Assembly: GCA_003235555.1 (NCBI GenBank)
Contig: QJVY01000065.1
Location: 1 to 45,209 of the forward strand
Source: Ignavibacteria bacterium
GTDB taxonomy: Bacteria > Bacteroidota > Ignavibacteria > UBA10030 > SZUA-254
Direction of reading: 5' to 3'
DNA: 45,209 bases
In this document: piece after piece, positions 32,008-42,711 of the stretch
How the letters are laid out: each line of letters begins with the position of its first letter
Numbering within the stretch: position 1 is the stretch's first letter
Program-made: the position numbers and the translations under genes
The notes under the pieces: model-generated
What the model was told of the DNA's origin: nothing
The model's database searches: none
The model's input: only the letters and a program-made list of their open reading frames with translations

Positions 32008-34569
32008 TCAGTCGGGGGTCCGGCCTGTCATGGTTCCGGTCGTCTTCTTACCGGCACGCACCAGGGGCGAGGGGCGTCCCACCGTAAACCTCGACACCGA
32101 TGAACCGCCCCCGGCCTCGAGGCGGAAGAGGAAGACACCCTCCGGCAGGGAGGAAACGGGAACACTCAGCGTGTGCATTCCCGCCGTCAGCGGGCCTTCC
32201 ACGGGCGCCGCGATGATCCGTCCCGCCGCGTCCAGGACCGACAGCGTTACCGGGCCGTCGGACGGCAGGCGGAACCGCACGGTGACCATTCCGGAGGCCG
32301 GGTCCAGGTCGGTTGTGCGGACCGGGTAGAGAAGGGCCGAGGCGGCGGAGCCACGTACGGTCGCAGGGAAGCTGAGCAAATTACCGGATACGGTGGGTGG
32401 CGGCGGAGGCACCTCCCCTGCAGGGACGATGCTGATTCTCGCTTCCGGCCGTGCCCCGTCCGACGACGATAGAATGAGCGATCCCGCCTGTGCCATCTTG
32501 ACCCAGTACGCCTTCCCCGGCGTGATCGTGTCGGCGGCCTGGTATCCCGCGGAATACGCGAAGAAATTGCTGGCGATCATTCCACCAGGGACGGAGGTGA
32601 TCTGGGAGACCGGCACCGGGTCGGTGATCGATCCCACCATGTTCCACCCAGCGTTGACGGTGAAGGTGTCCTCCGGAAGAGCGTAACCGGAGACCTGCAC
32701 CGACCCGCCGCTTCCGTAGTTCAGCCAGTATCCGGGACCGTGCGTCGCGGTCGCCGTGGCCGCATAGCCCGACGGGGTGAAAGCGAAGAGGTTTGAGATC
32801 CGCCCCGGGAACAGTGAATCCACGAGCGGGTTCACGGGCGAGACCGGGACGCTCAGCATGTTCCAGCCATTCGAGACGTTGATCGACCCGAGGATGAGGA
32901 CGTCCGCGCCTTCCTGCAGGATTGAAAACTGTGACGTGTTTCCCTGCGGGTCGGTGGCCGTCGCCGCAACGGGATCGCAGGTGCAGGTGTCGAAGGCCAC
33001 GATGAACGTGCTGTCTCCCTGGACGGTTGAAGACCCGAGCCAGTCATATCCCTCCCACCAGGTGTCCGTGATTTTCCTCCCGTCGTAGACGTCGATGACC
33101 GAACCGGGGCGGTCGTGCATCCCGGTGATGTACGCCTGGGCGCCGGCGCGCGTGTAACTGGTGAGCGAAGGGGGAGCGATGATGTCCTGCGACTGGATGA
33201 TGGTGATCCCGTCGCCGCCGTTGTCGAGGAAGTGGTTCTTCCTTACGGTGTTACGCTGCGCCTCGTTCGGCGTCCCGCCCGGGCTCGAGATCAGCACACC
33301 GTACTGGATATTTTCCTGAATGGTATTGGCCGCGTGATCCTGTCCGAGGGACGACCCGACAATGTTGTCCGTCGCCCTGGAGACGAGCGCGATGCCCGCA
33401 CCGTTCGATCTGATGTCGTTGCCGGAGATCAAATGATGGTGCGACGGATAGTTGAAGGCGGCATGGCCGCCGGCCACCTCGATTCCGTAGGAAGTGTTGT
33501 GGTGGATTGTGTTCCCCGAGATCTCGTCGCCGTAGGATCCCGGCCCGAGTATGATCCCGTTGTCGTTGGGCACCGGTCCGCCCACCGAGTTCGCACCGAT
33601 GGTGTTCCCCGTGATGACGACGTCGTGCGTGCCGATCCCCACCAGGATGCCTGCCTCGCGGTTTCCCGAGATGATGTTGGCGGGGTCCGGGTCCGCGGTC
33701 CCTACCACGTGTTCCCCACCGTAGAGCATCTCGATCCCATATCCGTTGGATTGCTTCAGGATCCCAGCGGAGTCCGTGCCAATGTTGTTCCCGAGAATTT
33801 TTGTACCCATGCCCAGGTCCGTACTTTCGGCCCCGACAATCGAGATTCCGATCAGGTTGCGTGAAATGGTGTTGCCGGTGGCGTTCGAATGGAGACCTCC
33901 GATGATGTTACCCGATCCCAGCACGAACACCCCGAACTGGTTGTACACCGTGTCGCCGTTCGGGGCAATTCCGATCGCGTTTCCGTACCCCCCAACCCCG
34001 ATCTGGTTCTCGATAACGAGATTGGAATCCCCGATGAGATTGATGCCCGCCTGGTCCATCCCGAGAAAGACGTTGTCGTGGATGATGTTGCGGGGTCCGG
34101 CGACATCGAGGCCTTCCGTCGCGTCCCGGAACACCAATCCCCTGACGGTGCAGCCGGTATCGACCACCATCAGGAAGGAGTACGATCCGGAGCCTTGGAT
34201 TGTGATTTCTCGGTTCGACGCCGAGACCGTGGAATGGTTGGGTGGACCAAAAGTTCCCATGAGGGAATCGACCACGATGGTCCCGGTGACACCGAAAGCG
34301 ACAACGGCGGGGACACCCATGTACCCCGCCTCCTCAAGAGCGGCCCGGAGCGTGCAGCGGTGCTGCCAGTCCTCGCAGACACCGTCGATGGATTCGTCCT
34401 CCTCGGTTTCGGGATCGTCCCAGGGAAACGCGTCTTCATCGTCGGCGAGAGAGTTGACGACGGAGGACATCTGCGCATATGATTTCTGTTGTAATCCGGG
34501 GAGCAGAGTAGTGAGGAGACAGAGTGGAAGGAGGATCTTCCACACGGAAGAGGTACGGCCCATAGACAC
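32008..34569 (-). CDS. Large secreted right-handed parallel beta-helix repeat protein with a degenerate sorting-domain-like C-terminus
   Basis: A signal peptide is present. The N-terminal 'CTLRAALEEA' motif is typical of beta-helix ('choice-of-anchor Q'-like) proteins. Long runs of about 22-aa 'N.I..N...GI' PbH1-type repeats follow. A duplicated 'GWNM(L/V)..' ... 'G.(G/A)YW(L/V)' module comes next. The C-terminal 'VTLSVLDAAGRII...GVFLFRLEAGG' resembles a T9SS/FlgD-Ig-like tail. Confidence 0.8.
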   Translation of the reverse strand: MSMGRTSSVWKILLPLCLLTTLLPGLQQKSYAQMSSVVNSLADDEDAFPWDDPETEEDESIDGVCEDWQHRCTLRAALEEAGYMGVPAVVAFGVTGTIVVDSLMGTFGPPNHSTVSASNREITIQGSGSYSFLMVVDTGCTVRGLVFRDATEGLDVAGPRNIIHDNVFLGMDQAGINLIGDSNLVIENQIGVGGYGNAIGIAPNGDTVYNQFGVFVLGSGNIIGGLHSNATGNTISRNLIGISIVGAESTDLGMGTKILGNNIGTDSAGILKQSNGYGIEMLYGGEHVVGTADPDPANIISGNREAGILVGIGTHDVVITGNTIGANSVGGPVPNDNGIILGPGSYGDEISGNTIHHNTSYGIEVAGGHAAFNYPSHHHLISGNDIRSNGAGIALVSRATDNIVGSSLGQDHAANTIQENIQYGVLISSPGGTPNEAQRNTVRKNHFLDNGGDGITIIQSQDIIAPPSLTSYTRAGAQAYITGMHDRPGSVIDVYDGRKITDTWWEGYDWLGSSTVQGDSTFIVAFDTCTCDPVAATATDPQGNTSQFSILQEGADVLILGSINVSNGWNMLSVPVSPVNPLVDSLFPGRISNLFAFTPSGYAATATATHGPGYWLNYGSGGSVQVSGYALPEDTFTVNAGWNMVGSITDPVPVSQITSVPGGMIASNFFAYSAGYQAADTITPGKAYWVKMAQAGSLILSSSDGARPEARISIVPAGEVPPPPPTVSGNLLSFPATVRGSAASALLYPVRTTDLDPASGMVTVRFRLPSDGPVTLSVLDAAGRIIAAPVEGPLTAGMHTLSVPVSSLPEGVFLFRLEAGGGSSVSRFTVGRPSPLVRAGKKTTGTMTGRTPD

Positions 34570-34831
34570 TCCATGTTGTTGACGTCGTGATCGACGCCGG
34601 GGAGCGACCGTCCGCTATGGAAAAAACCGATACGTGTGGGTAGGTCGGCTGACCGGGATCGGTGATCGAATATAATTTCTGGCCGGGTGATTGTCAAACC
34701 GTCCGGCATGACGGCGGGATGAATTTCCTAATTAATTGAATAAAAATCGGGGATTTTAAGGAAAAACGAATTGGCCGGAAACCGTGGATGTCGCCCTCCG
34801 GTTCACCTACGATAAATTTCCTTCGGACCTA

Positions 34832-36112
34832 TTACTTCTGCAGGACAAGGTTCCTGGTCTGGGAGGAGGACCCCGCCTCTAACCGATAGTAGTATACCCC
34901 TCCCGCAAACCCTTCGGCGTTCCACTCGCGTGAATACACGCCAGACGCGAGATGTTCGGACACCAGCGTGGAAACTACCCTGCCCAGAACGTCATACACC
35001 TTGAGTGTGACGAATCCGCCCTGCGGAATCCGGAATTCGATGACCGTCCCCGGGTTGAAGGGGTTCGGATAGTTCTGACTCAAACCAAAATTCTTCGGCA
35101 GTTCGGACGGGGCGGTGCGGATACCGGTCACCACCTCGGAAAGCGGCCTGCGCCAGAGGCCCTCGATGTCGTTGCCCCAGAACAGGTATCCTTTTCCGGT
35201 TGAGAGGTAGCTCAACCCTCCGCTGTCCGGCAGGTTCTCCGTCACATCCGTCCAGCTTTCGCCGTTATCCGTCGTCATCTGGACACCGATATCCGTATCG
35301 AACTGATACCGGCCGGATTGTACAAAGAGTGCCGGTCCCGCCGACGCAAGATTGTTGGCATTCCGGCTCTGCAGATTCGTCTGCTGCCAGGATGTGCCGC
35401 TGTCCGTCGAAATGAAGAGACCGCCCCATTCAAGGATTCCCGTTGACAAACCCGCGAAAGCCGCGAAGCCCCCTCCCGGCGCCGGTGTAAAAGCCCAGTC
35501 CATGGCCCTTTCCGGTATTCCCGACGACCATGTGGATCCCGTGTCCGATGAATATGCTGAAACATCGTAATTGCTGGCGAACATGTACGGACCGATGACG
35601 GCCAATGTCGACGCGCAGCCGATTCCATCCCACAACGGGGACCAGGTATCGCCGTAGTCGGTCGACCGGAAGATGCCATCGGAATATGTTCCGGCATAGA
35701 GATAGGTACCGCCGGATGGAGCCGGCCCTGTGGCGAGGGACGCGATCGCGGAATCGGTGAGGCCCGTGTTGACGGGGACCCACTGATCTCCGTTGTCCGT
35801 GGAGCGGAAGACACCCCCGCTGATAAACACCTGTGCCGTAGCGGTGAAGAGTGTGGTATCGATGACAGCGAGTGACGGGGTGTAGAGGTTCGAGAGGCCA
35901 CCGTTGACCGCGACCCACGTTGAGCCGTCATCGGTGGAACGAAAGACGCCGTTCCCCCAGGTGCCGACGAACAGGGCGCCCCCAAGGGTAACCACCTTCT
36001 GCGGGGACAGGCTGTCCAGGCCGACGGACACCCACTGGGCGTGAGAAACGGATATCGTTGTCAGCGACAGGATTGCGATAAGACTGAACGACCCGAAGAA
36101 CCTGTAAACCAT
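34832..36112 (-). CDS. Secreted BNR/Asp-box repeat (beta-propeller) protein with a T9SS C-terminal sorting domain
   Basis: At least six Asp-box repeats are present (S.D.G.(T/Q)W: 'STDDGSTW', 'STDNGDQW', 'STDYGDTW', 'SSDTGSTW', 'STDSGTSW', 'TTDNGESW'). The C-terminus is 'SQNYPNPFNPGTVIEF...LKVYDVLGRVV...GGVYYYRL'. Confidence 0.85.
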   Translation of the reverse strand: MVYRFFGSFSLIAILSLTTISVSHAQWVSVGLDSLSPQKVVTLGGALFVGTWGNGVFRSTDDGSTWVAVNGGLSNLYTPSLAVIDTTLFTATAQVFISGGVFRSTDNGDQWVPVNTGLTDSAIASLATGPAPSGGTYLYAGTYSDGIFRSTDYGDTWSPLWDGIGCASTLAVIGPYMFASNYDVSAYSSDTGSTWSSGIPERAMDWAFTPAPGGGFAAFAGLSTGILEWGGLFISTDSGTSWQQTNLQSRNANNLASAGPALFVQSGRYQFDTDIGVQMTTDNGESWTDVTENLPDSGGLSYLSTGKGYLFWGNDIEGLWRRPLSEVVTGIRTAPSELPKNFGLSQNYPNPFNPGTVIEFRIPQGGFVTLKVYDVLGRVVSTLVSEHLASGVYSREWNAEGFAGGVYYYRLEAGSSSQTRNLVLQK

Positions 36113-36224
36113 GATGCCGGTCCTTTGCTCCCCTGAAAAAGGGGGGATTGAAACGTGATGGTACCTGCCGCTGTGATATGGTGTTCCCGATTACGCGATA
36201 CGTTTCCGGGGGCGCCTGTTGCCG

Positions 36225-38480
<2,256 letters not shown>

Positions 38481-38705
38481 CTAACGGCGCGCCGGTGTTC
38501 CGCGCGCGTGTGAAGGGAAAAAACTCCGGGATGTAGTCTTTGTCAATCCAGGTGGGGGCGGCGGCCCATCCGGACCAGGACCATGGCAGTCAGCGGGCTG
38601 AATCCCGCTGCCGCAGTGATGAGCGCAAGGTTACCGGCGGAGCTGCTCTCTTCGGCGGAGTGGATTTCACGACGAAAGTACTGCCGATCGATAGGAATCG
38701 TTTGG

Positions 38706-39596
38706 TCACATCGTTTCTTTCTGTGCCATCATCCATCTGTTTTTGGCATAGGCAGCAGGAAGGTGTACGAGGTGGCATTTGCCGCAACTTTCCATTCCGA
38801 TTCGCTGGCCAAGTCCGGCAACCGCCGCCGGATCCGGCTTTGAAGATTTCAGCGCCTTTCCGAGGTTATCGAGAAGGTCGTCTATCTCGGAGTCCACGAA
38901 ATACTTCCTTTCACTTTCGTGACATGCCTGACAGGCATTCTTCAATTCTGTGAAGCGGTTGCGGAAGTTGTCAAAGTGTTTCCGGGCCCCTTCGAGATTT
39001 CCATTCTGTGCTTCAATTTCTATCCCGACCATGGATAGTTCCAAGGTCAGCATGAAACGCTTGAATGCAAGGTCCTGCTTTGTAACCGGATCCGACAGGC
39101 TGATGGTGGAGAAATCCTGCCAGTGATACCGGTATTGAACCTTCGGCAGGTTGGAGACGTGGCACTCCTGGCAAATCATATCCACATTCCCGACCGCTTC
39201 CATCACTTTCCCGGGTTCACCCTGCCCGATGAGACGCTCCAGCTCGTCCAGGGGAGCCATGGGAAAAGATTTCTTCCATTCAGGAACGAGACCGGACAAC
39301 TCCGAATAGTGTTTCCTGAATGATTCGAACAAAACCTTCGCACCTTCTCGATCACCCTCGTTCATTTTTAAGATAAAGCCTGAAAACGGGTTCGCCATTT
39401 CAAACATCTTGATCTGATACAGGGGGGCCGGTGCTATAGGTGGATAAAGACTGTCAAGCTGAGCGGGTGGTGGAGCTGCGAACGCGCGGAGATCTGCATT
39501 CTCCTGCTTCACGCGGTTCAGTTCCTCAGATTGATCCCTCGAGCAGCCGGTAACGAACGCTAGGCCCAGAATCACCGAGATGATGGTTGTACGCAT
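38706..39596 (-). CDS. Trihaem lipoprotein cytochrome c, helical and class II (cytochrome c')-like
   Basis: The ATG at 39596 is preceded by GGAG. The lipoprotein signal is 'VILGLAFVTGC'. Three CxxCH motifs (CQECH, CQACH, CGKCH) each close a helix-rich segment (for example 'GNLEGARKHFDNFRNRFTELKNACQACHE'). The composition is AT-richer than the window average. Confidence 0.75.
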   Translation of the reverse strand: MRTTIISVILGLAFVTGCSRDQSEELNRVKQENADLRAFAAPPPAQLDSLYPPIAPAPLYQIKMFEMANPFSGFILKMNEGDREGAKVLFESFRKHYSELSGLVPEWKKSFPMAPLDELERLIGQGEPGKVMEAVGNVDMICQECHVSNLPKVQYRYHWQDFSTISLSDPVTKQDLAFKRFMLTLELSMVGIEIEAQNGNLEGARKHFDNFRNRFTELKNACQACHESERKYFVDSEIDDLLDNLGKALKSSKPDPAAVAGLGQRIGMESCGKCHLVHLPAAYAKNRWMMAQKETM

Positions 39597-40273
39597 ATGA
39601 TGCTCCTTCTGATGTTGTAACACGTTGTTCATTGCCGTGTACCTGCGGAAAACAGGCGGCAACACGACGCACTGAGGGTACCAAAGAGGCGCCAGGGTTT
39701 TATTGGAGACATACATCTGTGAACCCGATGTAATATTGCAGCCTTTGCACCGCCGCCTCGTGTTACCGAATGATCATCGCCGTCGCGGTAGAGATGATGT
39801 TTGTTGATGGTCTGAATGTGCGTTTGAATCTCTGATGAAAAAGATTGAAAGCAGAAAAAACGCTCCCGGTACCACGTCGAAGTGTGCTCACGTATGCCGC
39901 TCCAGTCATACTCGGGCAATGGGGTGAAATGACGGGGCGGTGAATGCGCGTCTTTCGATCTCATGCAGGAGTGCTCCCCTGATGTCGGGATTGTTGAGTA
40001 CCCTCGGGTGTCACGGAGCGAAACGGGAAACGGTGAACGATTGACCGTAGACACCTGAAGGTAGATTCGATCGTCTTTGGACTATCATTCCGGAGTGCGA
40101 GTTCCTGGCGGATCTTCCGGGATAACCGATTTATTGACTGCCTCCCCCGTTGCAGAGTTCATGAGAAAGGTGCTTCGGGAGGTTTCCGGGAATATACTTC
40201 GAATTGCCATCAGGTTCAAGAGGAGCAGTATGAAAAAGCGCGACGATGAGCTCATAATTGCAGGGAAAATGTT

Positions 40274-41638
40274 CTATTTCATGAATACGGTCTTTGCGTT
40301 GACAAATTCCCTGATTCCGTGAACGCTCAGTTCCCTGCCGTAGCCGGAGTTCTTCACGCCACCGAAGGGGAGACGCACATCGGACGAAACCATTTCATTG
40401 ATAAACACCGAGCCAGCCTCGATCTCCCTGATAAACAACTCTCGTTCGGCGGGGTCGTCCGTCCAGGCGCTGGAGCCGAGCCCGAACTGCGAATCGTTGG
40501 CGAGCCGCACCGCCTCTTCCGCGCTGCCCACCGTGAACATCGACGCTACCGGGCCAAAGAACTCCTCGCGATATGCCGGCGAATCTTTCGGAATATCGGC
40601 CATGACGGTCGGGGGATAATAGTTGCCCTCACCGGGGAGGCGCTCTCCGCCGAGGAGCAGCCGCGCTCCCTTTCGGACGGACTCCTTCACCTGCCGGTCG
40701 AGGTCGTTCAGGATGTCCGGTGTCGCGAGCGGCCCGACGCCGGTGGCCGGGTCCATCGGATCGCCGACTTTCAGGTTCTTCATTTCCGAGACGAACCGTT
40801 CGGTGAACGCCCCGGCAATCTCCCTGTGCAGGATAAATCTTTTCGCCGCGATGCACGACTGGCCGTTGTTGACCGTTCGGGCCTTCACCGCCGTGGCCAC
40901 GGCCGCGTCCATGTCCGCGGAGGGCATCACGATAAAAGGATCACTCCCCCCAAGCTCCATGACGCAGGTCTTGATCGACGAACCGGCGGCACCGCCGACC
41001 TTCCTCCCCGCCGCGTCGCTCCCGGTGAGCGTCACGGCTTTGACGCGAAAGTCCTCGATGACCCGTGCCGTTCCGGAGGAAGGCAGCAGGAGCGTCTGGA
41101 ACACCCCCGCGGGGAATCCCGCCCTGGTGAAAATCTTTTCAATTTCGAGCGCGCACTGCGGTACGTTTGACGCGTGCTTCAGCAAACCGACATTCCCGGC
41201 CATGATCGCGGGGGCGGCGAAACGGAAGACCTGCCAGAAAGGGAAGTTCCACGGCATGATCGCCAGCACCGGACCGAGCGGTTCGTACCTGACATAGCTT
41301 TTCGAGGCATTCGTCTTCACGGGCTCGTCGGCAAGGAATACCTCCGCCTCGTCCGCATAATACCTGCAGACCCATGCGCACTTCGCGACCTCGGCGACGG
41401 CGGCGGTGTAGAGCTTGCCCATCTCGAGCGTCATGATTTTTGCGAACGATTCATGTTCCGACTCCAGGATGTCGGCCGCCTCTCGCAGCTTTGCCGCGCG
41501 ATCGACGAAGGTGGTTTGCCGGTGGTTCATAAAACCGGCCCTGGCCTTTTCAATCTTCTCTTCGAGATCCTTGTCGGAGACCGGGTCGAACGATTGAACC
41601 AGTTCCCCGGTCGCGGGATTGACTGTTTGTATCGGCAT
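40274..41638 (-). CDS. NAD(P)-dependent aldehyde dehydrogenase, succinate-semialdehyde dehydrogenase-like
   Basis: 'IQTVNPATGE', 'PWNFPFWQV', 'LKHA.NVP', 'ELGG.DP' (catalytic Glu), 'GQSCIAAKR' (catalytic Cys) and 'EEFFGPV'. I chose the ATG at 41638 (MPIQTVNP). Confidence 0.9.
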   Translation of the reverse strand: MPIQTVNPATGELVQSFDPVSDKDLEEKIEKARAGFMNHRQTTFVDRAAKLREAADILESEHESFAKIMTLEMGKLYTAAVAEVAKCAWVCRYYADEAEVFLADEPVKTNASKSYVRYEPLGPVLAIMPWNFPFWQVFRFAAPAIMAGNVGLLKHASNVPQCALEIEKIFTRAGFPAGVFQTLLLPSSGTARVIEDFRVKAVTLTGSDAAGRKVGGAAGSSIKTCVMELGGSDPFIVMPSADMDAAVATAVKARTVNNGQSCIAAKRFILHREIAGAFTERFVSEMKNLKVGDPMDPATGVGPLATPDILNDLDRQVKESVRKGARLLLGGERLPGEGNYYPPTVMADIPKDSPAYREEFFGPVASMFTVGSAEEAVRLANDSQFGLGSSAWTDDPAERELFIREIEAGSVFINEMVSSDVRLPFGGVKNSGYGRELSVHGIREFVNAKTVFMK

Positions 41639-41832
41639 GGTGAGGAGCCCGGATGTCGTGTCAGGTATGCACGGGAAAGTAGAAACTTCCGGCGAAATAT
41701 TCAACGAACGCGCCCACGCGAGCCCGCTCCACGAATCGGCCGGCAGAGGCTTGTCCGCATGTGCGGTCCTGCGTGGATTTCACCCGCCCTTTATTTATAT
41801 TAAAGACCGATTTCACTAATCTCCGGGATTCA

Positions 41833-42678
41833 ATGGATACTGCAGGTCAGGTAAGAACCATCCGTGTCGGGCACAGCCCCGACCCCGACGACGCGTTCAT
41901 GTTCTACGGACTCTCCAGCGGCAAGGTCAGGCTTCCCGGCATCAAAATCGAACACATGCTCGAAGACATTCAATCCCTCAACGCCCGGGCGATGAAAGGC
42001 GAACTGGAGGTCACCGCGATTTCCGTCCACGCCTATCCCTTTGTCCAGGACAAGTACTGGATCATGCGTACCGGCGCGAGCATGGGGGACGGGTACGGCC
42101 CGGTGCTGATCTCGAAAAAATACAGGACACTCGACGAGCTCAGGGGAAAAACCGTCGGCACCCCCGGCCCCCTCACGACCGCAACGCTGTTGTTCCGGAT
42201 GTTTACCAGTGGCATCGAGCACATCGACCGCCCCTTCGACCGGCTCATGCCGCTGATCGACGATGGGAGGCTCGACGCGGGGGTGGTCATACACGAAGGG
42301 CAGATCACCTACGCCGAACAGGGCTACAATAAAATCCTCGACTTCGGCGAACTGTGGCGCACCGAAACCGACGGCCTCCCCCTCCCGCTGGGGCTCGACG
42401 TGGTGCGCAAGGACCTAGGGGAAAAACTGGCCGGCGAACTCTCGACCGGCCTGCGCGAGAGCATCGACTACGGCTACAAACATCAAGAACAATCCATTCC
42501 CTATGCCCTCGAGTGGGGCCGCGGCATCGATGCCGTCAAGGGCGAAACCTTCGTCAAGATGTACGTCAACGACCTCACGATTGACATGGGGGAAAGGGGC
42601 GAGGCGGGGTTGAAGGAGCTCTTCCGTCGCGCGTCAGGGTTGAACGTCCCGCCGATCGCGGACTTCCGTCTTGTCTGA
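41833..42678 (+). CDS. MqnA/MqnD/SBP-family protein (futalosine-route menaquinone biosynthesis family)
   Basis: 'IRVGHSPDPDDAFMFYGL', 'D...L......G.LDV.AIS..AY' and 'L.AGVVIHEGQ.TY' match the VitK2-biosynthesis (MqnA/MqnD) fold family as I recall it. I cannot assign the exact step. Confidence 0.65.
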   Translation: MDTAGQVRTIRVGHSPDPDDAFMFYGLSSGKVRLPGIKIEHMLEDIQSLNARAMKGELEVTAISVHAYPFVQDKYWIMRTGASMGDGYGPVLISKKYRTLDELRGKTVGTPGPLTTATLLFRMFTSGIEHIDRPFDRLMPLIDDGRLDAGVVIHEGQITYAEQGYNKILDFGELWRTETDGLPLPLGLDVVRKDLGEKLAGELSTGLRESIDYGYKHQEQSIPYALEWGRGIDAVKGETFVKMYVNDLTIDMGERGEAGLKELFRRASGLNVPPIADFRLV

Positions 42679-42711
42679 AAAACCCCTGGAGCGAGTGCAC
42701 AGGAGATCCCC

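Noticed and set aside
32008-36112. Whether the two large secreted proteins (beta-helix and BNR propeller) could be the outer-membrane or extracellular partners of the cytochrome cluster
   Set aside because: Neither contains a CxxCH motif nor looks like an outer-membrane beta-barrel porin. They are on the opposite strand, several kb away and separated by unrelated genes. The sequence gives no basis for a link.
40230-40322. 30-codon ORF (MKKRDDELIIAGKMFYFMNTVFALTNSLIP) preceded by AGAGGAG
   Set aside because: The spacer to the ATG is only 4 nt. The ORF overlaps the convergent 3' end of the aldehyde dehydrogenase gene, and there is no supporting conservation evidence. This is too weak to call.
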